A DNA stretch of 64,000 nucleotides, from NCBI GenBank assembly GCA_050951545.1, contig JBMNJG010000005.1:256001-320000 (forward strand), given 5' to 3'. Below the pieces are notes generated by a model. It was not told the origin of the DNA. It saw only the letters and a program-made list of their open reading frames with translations, and did no database searches. Of this stretch, positions 1 through 9,917 are shown in pieces. Each line of letters starts with the position of its first letter. The stretch's first letter is position 1. Both the position numbers and the translations under genes were made by a program. This stretch comes from Limnochordia bacterium (GTDB lineage: Bacteria; Bacillota; Limnochordia; DTU080).

Positions 1-417
1 GAGAACCACTACGATGCGGAACTGACCAATCGCAGCCTGGAGATCTGTTTCGAGCGCTTCGACCCTGATTATGTCGGTTTTACGCTCGACCCAGGGCACG
101 CCAACATGGCCGGCAATCTTGGGTGGCTGTGCCACAACTGCCGCGAACGCTTGACGGTGCTACACCTCAATGACAATGATGGTCACCGCGACTGGCATTG
201 GTTGCCGCAAGATCCACGCGGCAGCGTCAATTGGGATCTCGTGGTGGAGTGCATCGCTGGCAGTCCGTACACGAAGCCACTCCAACTGGAAGTGAACCCT
301 CCACCCAACAGCAATGCCCCTGATTCTGGATATCTCAAAGAAGCGCAGACAGCTGTAGCAGTTCTGAACAGACAGGTAGCTCAGGCACGAGAAAACAGTC
401 CCTCCGCTGCAGTCTGA
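1..417 (+). CDS. Sugar phosphate isomerase/epimerase (xylose isomerase-like TIM barrel), 5'-partial
   Basis: Frame 1 is open from base 1: ENHYD...GFTLDPGHANM...LHLNDNDG..DWHWLP...LQLEV, the metal-binding E/D-x-x-H/H-x-x-D/E pattern of the AP_endonuc_2 family. Confidence 0.8.
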   Translation, partial: ENHYDAELTNRSLEICFERFDPDYVGFTLDPGHANMAGNLGWLCHNCRERLTVLHLNDNDGHRDWHWLPQDPRGSVNWDLVVECIAGSPYTKPLQLEVNPPPNSNAPDSGYLKEAQTAVAVLNRQVAQARENSPSAAV

Positions 418-538
418 GCGAGGTACGCGTGTCGGCGGCCAACCACATCACCGGACGAGAATCGAAGGCCGCCGGCATGCCCATACCGCATTATGCGACT
501 TTCAGAGGAACGACTGTCACTACTGCCTGCGCAGCGTA

Positions 539-2206
539 CTAGAGAAAGAACTTCAGGCCGCGCACGCGCGTGCCCGCATAGCGATCCGGATAGCGCGCAT
601 CAGGAATCCCTGCGGGTACAGGCTCTGCAATCGTCAGATTGAAGGTGCCTTTACGAGTCTCAACGAGCAGCTGATGATTACCCTCAGTTAAGTCAAACAG
701 CAATATGTCATTTGGCATCACGTGACGCCTTGTCACACCCTGGAAATCGTAGACAAGCCTACCATCGATCCACACCCGCATAGGTGTGCTCGAGCCTACC
801 CGCAGTTCTGCCTTCTGGTTTCTCGGGGCATAAAAGTGCGTGAAAGCGTAGTAGTAGCGACTTGAGCGATTCGCGAAAGCCTGACTAATATCGATAAAAT
901 CGTCGGATGCATAAAGCTCCTCGGTCCATCCCTCTTGACCCGGTGTAGGCACCGTCTTTGGATCTATCGGCTCTGCCGCCATGTTCAAAGTCCAGAAGCG
1001 TACGCTTTGGCCCTCTTTCGAGCGCCCCAACCAAGCTTGGTGCATGATGTTCTTCTGGAACAGGTAACTGGCAGATTCCAGACTCTCGCCTACGACGTCG
1101 ATACGCTCGAGGTCATTGATGCCCATGCCGATTAGCGCTGCCATAGTCACGTGCGAGATATCGTCGGGGTTGAAGCCCATCAGTCGAGCACATACCGTAT
1201 CAACGGCCACGCTATCACGCCCGGCGACGATCATGTTGCGGTACAAAGGAGAACCGTTAGCCCTCGTATATGCTCTCTCTAGGGCAGTGATCGCATCGAC
1301 CACCACATAGTCGATATCCGCCACGGACGCCATGTCCACGATCGTCTTATCCATCACGGCGGGGTTGTGATCAAGTCCGTTTTTCGCCCACCCATACCGT
1401 GCTCCAGGAGCGACGCCAATGTTGTTCTTGAGGCTTACTGTGATCCGTGTTCCGTGAATCTTCATCACGGGCACCGAGATCACTTTGTCGGCTTCTTCTA
1501 CCAATCTGTGAGTCCAGTAAGTATCTTGATACCATCCACCGTCCGGCAGGTGCACCAAGACCGTATCCGATAGCGGCACGTTGAGGTCGCCCAGGCTGAC
1601 CTTCAGCCCCGGAAGGGAAGGATCCTTTTTCAGCTCCTCCACCATCTCGCGGTATCCGTTCCTACCTAGGCCATCACGCACCTGGGCTTTAGTAACCGAG
1701 TATTTGGCCGCAAGCTGTGGATCTATCCACTCACCTGAGCCATCGGCCACGACGATCTCAGCGTCTGGATTTGCCTCATAGACCAGCTTGATGACCGCCC
1801 GCACCACACGATTGTCTGTGATAGAACCGCTGCCGGAAGCAGCATCTGTCACCCAGTTGGGCTTGATGAGCACTAACCTATCGTCCGGATCTACTACCTT
1901 TTTCATGCCACCTGTCTTCTCGACAGCCAAACGAACCATCTGCTCAATCTGCATCGTGGTGATCCGATTGCCCAAGGCATCCGGGTCCACAGGATTGGGC
2001 ATGCCTGCAGTATTCGTCCGCACGACAGCCACCGTACTTCTCTCCCAAGGCACTGGCCGCTGCACTTCGGACACCTTGTGGAAAAGCTGGTAGCCTTTCG
2101 TCGCGTTATGGGCTACCGTCGAGTGTAGATCAAGCATGAACAAGACGACTATGGCCGCAACAGCCACATAGCGCAGCCAACCTTTTCGCCTAACTGCTTG
2201 CCCCAT
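539..2206 (-). CDS. DUF362 domain protein with N-terminal signal peptide and C-terminal beta-sandwich (PA14-like) domain
   Basis: VLIKPNWV, ITDNRVVRAVI, VISVPVMKIH, TVSLKNNIG, DSVAVDTVCARLMGFNP are DUF362 motifs; hydrophobic N-terminus; C-terminal YAFTHF...LRVGS..PMRVWIDG...LTEGNHQLLV. Confidence 0.75.
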   Translation of the reverse strand: MGQAVRRKGWLRYVAVAAIVVLFMLDLHSTVAHNATKGYQLFHKVSEVQRPVPWERSTVAVVRTNTAGMPNPVDPDALGNRITTMQIEQMVRLAVEKTGGMKKVVDPDDRLVLIKPNWVTDAASGSGSITDNRVVRAVIKLVYEANPDAEIVVADGSGEWIDPQLAAKYSVTKAQVRDGLGRNGYREMVEELKKDPSLPGLKVSLGDLNVPLSDTVLVHLPDGGWYQDTYWTHRLVEEADKVISVPVMKIHGTRITVSLKNNIGVAPGARYGWAKNGLDHNPAVMDKTIVDMASVADIDYVVVDAITALERAYTRANGSPLYRNMIVAGRDSVAVDTVCARLMGFNPDDISHVTMAALIGMGINDLERIDVVGESLESASYLFQKNIMHQAWLGRSKEGQSVRFWTLNMAAEPIDPKTVPTPGQEGWTEELYASDDFIDISQAFANRSSRYYYAFTHFYAPRNQKAELRVGSSTPMRVWIDGRLVYDFQGVTRRHVMPNDILLFDLTEGNHQLLVETRKGTFNLTIAEPVPAGIPDARYPDRYAGTRVRGLKFFL

Positions 2207-2457
2207 CGTTTACCGCCCTCCTCTCGGCGCTCTGTTGTCTCTTTCGCCGACACGAACGCCCCTTCCTTTCATATCCCGTTCATCCAGAAAAAGGTGTGAC
2301 TGACACGTTAGGCATACAACGTACTCGCATACGCCCACTCCATCGCCAGGAAAAACGCCTACCATGTGGAAGAGTCTGCTACAGACAATCAGAACTGCAT
2401 GGAGTTGCTAGATGGGCTTGCACGAATGGAAGGAGTAGGCAAAGGAGCGTGTTCCAA

Positions 2458-3732
2458 ATGAAGTTAAGCCCAAGGCACTGCGTATTGTGGATCCTGATGC
2501 TAATCTTCCTGCACTTGTCAGTCGCTGCTGTGGCTGGGGGAAATGCTGTCCAGTTCGTCATCTACGCCTCAGAAGACCGTGTACCGCTCTACCAGCAGTT
2601 TTTCCAGGCGTTTGAGTCCAGAACAGGCATTCCGGTGGAGCATCAGCAAGTTCCTGGCTCCCAAGTGCAAAAATGGGAACAAGTCATCACCCGCATCGCC
2701 GGAGGCCTATCCCCAGACGTAGTGGGCGGTGTGAGCGTTGAATTCCCGCAATACGCTGCCCAAGGCCTGATCGAGCCAGTTGATGCGTGGCTGAAACGAG
2801 ACAAAGCCAACACAGGGGTGGTCATGCCTATCTTGATCAACGCCCTGCAGTGGCGAGGGCAACAGTTCATGATGCCCTACGGTGCGTCTGGGGTCTGCAT
2901 TGTCTATAACATGCAGCTTTTGGATGAAGCTGGTGTGCCGCACCCACCGACTGAGTGGGGCACACCCCAATGGACCTGGGAGAGTTTCTTGGCTGCCCTG
3001 AAGAAATTGACCAAACGCGACGCCAGTGGCAACATCACGCAGTACGGGCTCGGAGGTCCACCCTGGGACAGTTGGATCACACTTCCCTACACCTGGGGTG
3101 GCGACTGGATCGACGCTGAACTGAAGCGTTTTACGGGTAACCAGCCCGAGGCTCTTGCCTCACTGCAGGCCATGCAAGATATGCGCTGGACCTACCAGGT
3201 CATGGGCACCGGAGGTGGGCTGATCGAAGGGCGCTCGGCCATCCTCGGCTGGGGCACCTGGAATCTCAAGGCCATGATGGATAGTCCGCTTCCCTTGCGT
3301 ATGGCGCCCTGGTTTCGCGTGGGCACTCATGATCCCAAAGGTCCCGTTAACCCAAATGGGCTAGCGGTGTTAGCTTCCAGCAGCAACAAAGACGCCTCGT
3401 GGGAGTTTGTGAAATTCGCCACTCTCGATCCAGTCGGCAACCATCTTTTTGCCACTGCTGCAGGTTCGGTACCTGGCACGGGGCAAGCCTACCGCCGCTG
3501 GCAAGAGGCGGTACAATCCCAGAAACCCAACCTGAACCCGAGCGCATTCGTCCAGCAAGTGGGCCAATATGGAGCCATCGTTAACATCCGAAAGGTGACC
3601 ACGTTTAACGACATCAATGCGGTCATGATCCCCGCAGTCAACGACGTGATCAACAACGTGAAGTCACCGACCCAGGCGATGGAAGAAGCAGCGCCTGTGG
3701 TCCAAGCCTTGATCGATCAAAGCGCTCACTGA
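2458..3732 (+). CDS. ABC transporter sugar-binding protein (SBP family 1)
   Basis: AAGGAG RBS before ATG 2458; signal peptide; IAGGLSPDV, IVYN..LLDEAGV, WTWESF, ASWEFVKF. Confidence 0.88.
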   Translation: MKLSPRHCVLWILMLIFLHLSVAAVAGGNAVQFVIYASEDRVPLYQQFFQAFESRTGIPVEHQQVPGSQVQKWEQVITRIAGGLSPDVVGGVSVEFPQYAAQGLIEPVDAWLKRDKANTGVVMPILINALQWRGQQFMMPYGASGVCIVYNMQLLDEAGVPHPPTEWGTPQWTWESFLAALKKLTKRDASGNITQYGLGGPPWDSWITLPYTWGGDWIDAELKRFTGNQPEALASLQAMQDMRWTYQVMGTGGGLIEGRSAILGWGTWNLKAMMDSPLPLRMAPWFRVGTHDPKGPVNPNGLAVLASSSNKDASWEFVKFATLDPVGNHLFATAAGSVPGTGQAYRRWQEAVQSQKPNLNPSAFVQQVGQYGAIVNIRKVTTFNDINAVMIPAVNDVINNVKSPTQAMEEAAPVVQALIDQSAH

Positions 3733-3806
3733 GCTGACACCTGATGCTGGCATCCGCGCTGGCTCATCCGAGGCTAGCGTAGGTAAACAGAGAGGTCGTG
3801 TAACCC

Positions 3807-5087
3807 ATGAAGGCAAGAAGAAGCGCACTCTGGTACGTAGCGACGTGTACTCTACTACTCGGAATGGCCCTCTCGGCGGCTTCCCTGGCCGCCCCGAAGG
3901 ACGTTCAGTTCGTTGTCTACTCCAGTGAAGAGCGCGTGCCGCTCTATCAGGAGAATTTCGACGCCTTCAAAGCGAAGACTGGTATCGGCGTCGAGCACCA
4001 GCAAGTTCCCGGCTCACAAGTGCAGAAATGGGAGCAGGTCATCACCCGCATCGCCGGGGGTCTATCGCCGGACGTTATAGGAGCCGTCAGCGTGGAATTC
4101 GTACAGTACGCAGCCAACGGCCTCATTCTACCTGTGGACGAGTGGATAAAGAAAGACAAGGTCAACACCAGAGCCATCATTCCCATCTTGGTAGATGCTT
4201 TGCAGTGGCGCGGGCAGCAGTACATGATGCCCTACGGCGCATCCGGCCTGCCCCTCGTTTACAACGCCCAGCTTTTTGACGAGGCGGGCGCAGCATATCC
4301 TCCCGAGGTATGGGGTAAACGCGAATGGAACTGGGAAACCTTCGTCTCCACTCTGAGAAAGCTGACCAAGAAAGATAGCAGTGGCAATATCACGCAGTAC
4401 GGACTCGGGGGCCCACCTTGGGACAGCTGGATCACACTTCCCTATACCTGGGGCGGAGACTGGATTGATCCAGAGATGAAGCGGTTTACCGGTACCTCGC
4501 CCGAAACGCTCGCCTCCCTGCAAGCCATGCAGGATTTGCGGTGGAACTTTCAGGTGATGGGCACTGGCGGCGGACTCCTCGAGGGACGCTCAGCCATGGT
4601 CGGATGGGGAACCTGGAACCTGAAAAGCATGATCAACAGCCCGCTTCCCTTGCGCATGGCTCCGTGGTTTACCGTGGGTACCCATCCTCCCAAAGGACCC
4701 ATTAACCCCATGGGCCTTGCTATCTTGGCTTCGAGCCAAAATAAAGAGGCAGCTTGGGAGTTCGTGAAGTTCAGTACCGTCGACCCGACAGGAAACTACA
4801 TGCTGGCCAACGCAGCTGGTGCCTTGCCTGGGACGCCTCAAGCCTATCGACGTTGGCAAGAGTCTTTGCAGGCGCAGAAAGCTGACCTCAACCCGATCGC
4901 CTTCGTTCAGCAAGTGGCCGAACACGGTGGTGTGGTCAGCATCCGAAAGACGACTACGTTCAACGATATCAATGCCGTCATGACTCCTGCCGTCAACTCC
5001 GTGATCAATAACACCAAGTCGCCCACCCAGGCGATGGAAGAAGCCGCGCCTGTGGTGCAAGCCTTGATCGATCACAGTGCGCACTAA
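3807..5087 (+). CDS. ABC transporter sugar-binding protein (SBP family 1), tandem paralogue of 2458..3732
   Basis: Colinear and highly similar to the upstream SBP (shared EHQQVPGSQVQKWEQVITRIAGGLSPDV, GGPPWDSWITLPYTWGGDWID). Confidence 0.9.
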   Translation: MKARRSALWYVATCTLLLGMALSAASLAAPKDVQFVVYSSEERVPLYQENFDAFKAKTGIGVEHQQVPGSQVQKWEQVITRIAGGLSPDVIGAVSVEFVQYAANGLILPVDEWIKKDKVNTRAIIPILVDALQWRGQQYMMPYGASGLPLVYNAQLFDEAGAAYPPEVWGKREWNWETFVSTLRKLTKKDSSGNITQYGLGGPPWDSWITLPYTWGGDWIDPEMKRFTGTSPETLASLQAMQDLRWNFQVMGTGGGLLEGRSAMVGWGTWNLKSMINSPLPLRMAPWFTVGTHPPKGPINPMGLAILASSQNKEAAWEFVKFSTVDPTGNYMLANAAGALPGTPQAYRRWQESLQAQKADLNPIAFVQQVAEHGGVVSIRKTTTFNDINAVMTPAVNSVINNTKSPTQAMEEAAPVVQALIDHSAH

Positions 5088-5106
5088 CTGACATCGAGCT
5101 CTGAGC

Positions 5107-5132
5107 CGAGGCTCCGCTATAGCGGAGCCTCG
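5107..5132. terminator. Perfect 26-bp palindrome (hairpin) downstream of the SBP pair
   Basis: CGAGGCTCCGCTA|TAGCGGAGCCTCG; no U-tract, so a stabiliser or partial terminator. Confidence 0.6.
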
Positions 5133-5186
5133 ACCCAAAGCCCCTGTCGGCACAGCGCCACTTCACTGACTGGAGAGTGATAGGCG

Positions 5187-8100
5187 ATGAAAAGGCACTG
5201 GATTGTAACCCTCATCCTTTTGGGGCTGCTAGCCATGGCTGCAAAGGCAGCCTGTGCGAGTAATCTGTTGGTCAACTCGAGTTTCGACACCAACTACAAC
5301 GGCTGGTCAGCCTGGAAACCAAAAGGACAACCCGAGATCGTAATAGATGACGAAGTATGGCACAGTGGTCCTGGTTCCCTGCGCATCACTGGTCTTACCC
5401 CAACCGACCGGGGTTCTGTGGGGCAACGCGTCGTGGTGGAAGGTGGAACCACCTATGTCCTTCGCGTCTGGATGAAGACACAAGACGTGTCGCGCCCAGT
5501 CGCTCAGATTCGCATTCAGTTTAACGCTGAGAAGAACGCGAGCGACAAGACACGATCGCACCTCTACATCGGGCGCTTGAGCGGCACCCAAGACTGGACA
5601 TATCTGGAAGAGAGCTTCATCGTACCTGAAGGCACCGGGACCCTCACAATTGAACCGTTTCTGGATTCGGCGCAAGGCACAGCCTGGTGGGATGATCTGG
5701 AATTGGTAGCCGCAAAGAGCGAGCCTCTTGCGCTCATGGATCCCTCGGTACGTGTACTGACTTCGGGCGCGGTGGCTTTGAACTGGGGGGTCCCCACCGC
5801 CTACCAAGAAGCCAGCGTACGCTTTCGCGTCTACCGTTCGCCTCTTCCGGATTTTTCTATCACTAACCGCCCCCCAGTTGCCGTCACTGACGATCTTCAG
5901 TTCATCGACCGAGACACAAAGCAAGGCCAGACCTATTACTACCGGATCCAACCTTTCTATATGCAGCAAGACAAGGAGCAGATCGGTGATGTATCCTACG
6001 CATTGAAGGCAAACGTCGGCTCCGTCACTGCCGTTGCACCTCCGCTCGCTTTCTTCGCTGACTGGGACGCGGGTCAAGCCAGGCTCACCTGGGATCTGGA
6101 TACCAGCCGAGCTCGGCAGATACGCCTGGAGCGCCGAGTGCTGGACGCCGATGGCCAAGGCGACTGGGAGCCCCTAGGAGTTGCCTCCGCTTGGGCATCT
6201 GAGTACATCGATAGTCACCTGCCTGCTGAGGCATTGGAGCTTGTGAGCTACCGCATCACAGTCCTGGGACCCGATTGGGAGGAGACAGCACCCATGGTAA
6301 GCCCGTTAAGTGGCTTTGTCCCCACACTACCTCTCGCGGCATCCGCAGATGAACACCCGCGTCTGTTCGTCACAGAGCAAGACATTGACAACCTCAAAGA
6401 AGCAGCCAAGACCAACATGGGCCTCAAGATGCTCCTCGAAAGCGAGATCATCACTCCAGCCCGCTCTGTGACTGCCTCGGTCACCGCCAGTGGTGTGATA
6501 TTACCCGTAAAAGACGATAACTCCGGACACTCCTCGCTGGCTCGTCGGGCACGCAATGCAGCGCTCGGCTACGCTTTCTCCGGCGACTTGTCGATGGCCG
6601 CAGCTGCCAAAGAGATTCTCTTGGCCTATGCCGCCAGCTACAAGCAGTACCCGCTTCTCAGCACTTATGATGGACACGTGACCTACCAGACTCTGAACGA
6701 ATCGCCATGGCTGATCGACATTGCTTGGGCCTACGATCTCATCTGGAATAGCGGCTTGCTGTCCGCCGACGATCGGCGGGCCATTGAAGATGATCTACTC
6801 TGGGAAGGCGTCCGGGTGATCGACCGCTATGACAAAGGGCTATCAAACTGGCAAGCTTGGCATAATGCTGGTATCGGTGCCGTGGCTTTCCTGCTGAACG
6901 ACCAAGCCTGGATCGACGAGATCCTCACAGGCAAGCAGAGCTTCGCGGTTCATATCCGCGATGGCATTCGAGCCGATGGCATCTGGTGGGAACAGGCCAT
7001 AGGCTACCACGACTACACGCGCAGTGCCCTCACTTTCCTGGCAGAGATGGCCTATCGTCATGGCTACGACTTGTACAGTTTCCATAGCCATGGCAAATCC
7101 CTGAAACTCATGTTTGATGGGCCCATCCACCATGCCTTCACCGATGGGCTGCATCCTGTCGTGGGGAACACCAGCTTTGGCTCAAGACTCCGCTTTGACT
7201 GGACCTATGGTCTCGCCGCCCTGCACTATCAAGACCCGAAGTACGCAGCTCTGTGGAAAGCCACGATGGGTGGGTCGGGCAGTATTCCCTCGGTGTTTTT
7301 CCTACAGGCGCTTCAGGGGCTTGACGTCGGAACACTGAGCCATGGTACAGGCCATTTTGCCCCAGCAGGCATGGAGATGGCTGGCAGTAGCCTTTTCGCC
7401 GATACTGGCATGGCTGTACTGCGTGGCGGAGGCCTGGAGGCTGCTCTGCTCTACAAGCCGCATGGGACCACGATCGGTCATCAAGCCGCAGACAACCTCA
7501 CCCTCATGCTGGAGGGCCATGGGGGCCGCTGGCTCCCGGGCACGGGCAGTCTCGATTACGGCCGTGATGAGCAAGGCACCTGGTACAAGCAGACTGTGGC
7601 CCGCAACGGCGTTGTCGTCGACGAGACCTCGCAGTATCCGCAAGGCACTGGCACAGCGATTTTCGCCTCAGACAGTGGTCGCTCCTCAGCTGGATCTCTC
7701 CTTCACTTTGTGGCGTTGCCATCTGTCAGCGTCGCCGCGGCTGCTACGGACAGCGTCTATGGCGGAGTGCATATGGAACGAACCATTCTGCTTAGTTCAC
7801 CCTACGTCATAGATCGCTACCGAGTGACATCCGATCAGCCGCACACCTATGACTGGGTAGCCCATGTCGAGGCGCGTCCGAGCTCAATCAGTATAGACCA
7901 GCAACTACAAGACAAGCCCCTCGGTACCCAGGCCGGATACCAGCATATCACGGCAGTCGAACGCGGTGAGACCGCTGACACCTGGCACGCCGTATGGGAA
8001 AGAGGCGGCAACAGACTGCAGCTCTTAATGCTGGGTAACGAGCCGACACAGGTGATACGCGCCAGCGGTTACGGAGCTGGCCTCTCGCCTCGACCGCTGG

Positions 8101-8708
8101 TGATAGCCAGACGTCAAGCCGAAAACACGGAGTTCCTGACCGTCATGGAGTCCTTCGAAGAGCAGCCGAGTGTCCGCCTTGTAGAGCCTCTGAGACTGAC
8201 TAAGGGAGCCGACGATGGCATCCGGTTACTGCGCAATGTAGCAGAGGACCTTGTAGTGGCAGACGAGCTCGTTTGGAGCACAGAGGATGAACTGATGGAA
8301 GTGGGCGATGGAAAACGCGCCCGAGGTCGGTTAGCGTTCTTCCGAGCTGGCACGAACGGCGAGGTCGAATCACTTCTACTGCTCGCTGGTACACTAGTGG
8401 AGGCGGCCGATTTACGCGTCACCTCGACGCTACCTGCTGATCTGGCCGTTGAAAAAGCGCCAAATGGAATGCTTGCTGTGGCGCAAAACAGTGACGGCGC
8501 CCGAGCTTTGACGGTACAGGGAGCTGCTAATGCAACCCTGCGGCTATTCCAATGGACCAGTGACGACTCTGCCCCGCGCGAGGTGACCTTGGCTCGCCAT
8601 GCCGATGGTGTCAGCTGGCAGGCAGAGGCGGGAGTAATCTACTTCCTGGGCACTGAGACCCCCAGTGCCGACTGGCTCGCTCGTTTCCATGTACGCATTC
8701 AACCCTAG
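5187..8708 (+). CDS. Secreted multidomain polysaccharide lyase: CBM4/9-like + Fn3-like + alginate lyase/heparinase II/III-like domains
   Basis: Signal peptide; NLLVNSSFD...GTQDWT...AWWDDLEL (CBM_4_9-like); FRVYRS...TYYYRI (Fn3); EHPRLF, SNWQAWHNA, DGIWWEQAIGYHDY, GH..ADNL, WYKQTVARNGVVVD. Confidence 0.8.
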   Translation: MKRHWIVTLILLGLLAMAAKAACASNLLVNSSFDTNYNGWSAWKPKGQPEIVIDDEVWHSGPGSLRITGLTPTDRGSVGQRVVVEGGTTYVLRVWMKTQDVSRPVAQIRIQFNAEKNASDKTRSHLYIGRLSGTQDWTYLEESFIVPEGTGTLTIEPFLDSAQGTAWWDDLELVAAKSEPLALMDPSVRVLTSGAVALNWGVPTAYQEASVRFRVYRSPLPDFSITNRPPVAVTDDLQFIDRDTKQGQTYYYRIQPFYMQQDKEQIGDVSYALKANVGSVTAVAPPLAFFADWDAGQARLTWDLDTSRARQIRLERRVLDADGQGDWEPLGVASAWASEYIDSHLPAEALELVSYRITVLGPDWEETAPMVSPLSGFVPTLPLAASADEHPRLFVTEQDIDNLKEAAKTNMGLKMLLESEIITPARSVTASVTASGVILPVKDDNSGHSSLARRARNAALGYAFSGDLSMAAAAKEILLAYAASYKQYPLLSTYDGHVTYQTLNESPWLIDIAWAYDLIWNSGLLSADDRRAIEDDLLWEGVRVIDRYDKGLSNWQAWHNAGIGAVAFLLNDQAWIDEILTGKQSFAVHIRDGIRADGIWWEQAIGYHDYTRSALTFLAEMAYRHGYDLYSFHSHGKSLKLMFDGPIHHAFTDGLHPVVGNTSFGSRLRFDWTYGLAALHYQDPKYAALWKATMGGSGSIPSVFFLQALQGLDVGTLSHGTGHFAPAGMEMAGSSLFADTGMAVLRGGGLEAALLYKPHGTTIGHQAADNLTLMLEGHGGRWLPGTGSLDYGRDEQGTWYKQTVARNGVVVDETSQYPQGTGTAIFASDSGRSSAGSLLHFVALPSVSVAAAATDSVYGGVHMERTILLSSPYVIDRYRVTSDQPHTYDWVAHVEARPSSISIDQQLQDKPLGTQAGYQHITAVERGETADTWHAVWERGGNRLQLLMLGNEPTQVIRASGYGAGLSPRPLVIARRQAENTEFLTVMESFEEQPSVRLVEPLRLTKGADDGIRLLRNVAEDLVVADELVWSTEDELMEVGDGKRARGRLAFFRAGTNGEVESLLLLAGTLVEAADLRVTSTLPADLAVEKAPNGMLAVAQNSDGARALTVQGAANATLRLFQWTSDDSAPREVTLARHADGVSWQAEAGVIYFLGTETPSADWLARFHVRIQP

Positions 8709-8777
8709 GATAGGAAAAGGAAATCGACATGAACGTCGAACAACACAGAGTAACAGAGCACAGCGCAACGACGCTAG

Positions 8778-9818
8778 ATGCCTGGGAAAGCGAGGATCAC
8801 AGCCTTGAATGAAGTACGTTTGGCCATAGTAGGAGCTGGCGGTATCGCCCAGACCCATGCCCGCGGCTTGAAGCAAGTCAAGGGAGCACGGGTAACCACT
8901 GTAGTTGACATGATCCGCGATCGTGCGGAATCTCTCGCTGAGAAGCTGAATGCGGACCACGTCTACGAAGACATCGATACGGCCCTTGACGCAGGCGGCT
9001 TCGACGCCATCGACATCTGCCTACCGACCTATCTGCATGCCCCAGTGACCGTTGCGGCCGCCAACCGAGGTTACCACGTCCTATCCGAAAAGCCGATGGC
9101 CCTTACCCTCGAGCAAGCAGACTCCATGACTGCGGCTGCGCGTCAGAAGGGCATCGTGCTCATGATTGCCCAGTGCCGCCGCTATGACAACTACTGGGGT
9201 GCCTTTCGCCAAGCCGTACAAGACGGTGTCATCGGTAGGCCCGTGCTGTGGCGCTCAATCTCGGCCGGTCCTGGTCCACACCAGCCCTGGTACTTCGAGC
9301 GCGATGAGGGTGGTGGCCCCTTGATTGATGGTGCTATCCACAACTACGACTTCGCCCGAGCCATTTTCGGAGAAGCGCGCTCTGTGTACTCGGCCGGGCA
9401 GCAGTTCAACCTAAAGAATACCGCCCTCGACACTGGCAGCACCACCATCCGCTTTGCCAGTGAGGACGTACTGCTCCTCTCCTGGTCTTGGGGAATGCCG
9501 CAACAAGTGCGTAGCTCCTTCCAGGACGTAATCGGACCAGAAGGTGTGCTCTACCTAAGCCAGCCCGCCCATGCGCCCAAGCCAACCGAAGAGATCCCGC
9601 CAAACACGGGTTATCTCGTGGTACAGCGCCCGGGTGGCAGCTTCGAGTACATCTACTACGAGAAGAACGACATGTACGCAGCGGAGATCCAGGCTTTTGT
9701 CGACGCCGTACGAGAAGGACGTCCGAGCCCCTTGGGTCCCGAAGACACCAAACGCAGCCTCGCTATCGCTACAGCCGTGTTAGAGTCAGCGGCTACGCGT
9801 CGGCTCATCTGCCTCTAG
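8778..9818 (+). CDS. Gfo/Idh/MocA family oxidoreductase (start may be TTG 8805)
   Basis: LAIVGAGGIA, IDICLPTYLH, HVLSEKPMA, GGGPLIDGAIH..D. Confidence 0.9.
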   Translation: MPGKARITALNEVRLAIVGAGGIAQTHARGLKQVKGARVTTVVDMIRDRAESLAEKLNADHVYEDIDTALDAGGFDAIDICLPTYLHAPVTVAAANRGYHVLSEKPMALTLEQADSMTAAARQKGIVLMIAQCRRYDNYWGAFRQAVQDGVIGRPVLWRSISAGPGPHQPWYFERDEGGGPLIDGAIHNYDFARAIFGEARSVYSAGQQFNLKNTALDTGSTTIRFASEDVLLLSWSWGMPQQVRSSFQDVIGPEGVLYLSQPAHAPKPTEEIPPNTGYLVVQRPGGSFEYIYYEKNDMYAAEIQAFVDAVREGRPSPLGPEDTKRSLAIATAVLESAATRRLICL

Positions 9819-9826
9819 ATCGTATC

Positions 9827-9865
9827 AGCGTGGGCAAGGAAGACTCTAGCTTCCCTGCCCACGCT
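9827..9865. terminator. Intergenic stem-loop
   Basis: AGCGTGGGCAAGGAAG...CTTCCCTGCCCACGCT inverted repeat right after the stop at 9818. Confidence 0.55.
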
Positions 9866-9917
9866 CCTTACACATCCACTTCCGACCCTGCAGATCGCTA
9901 TCCAGAGAGGATTGGCT

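Noticed and set aside
2296-2457. Upstream start extensions in the ORF track (also 38975, 50882, 43084, 38064, 16525)
   Set aside because: Downstream starts have clear RBSs and place the signal peptides or family motifs at the N-terminus; the extensions cover promoter DNA.
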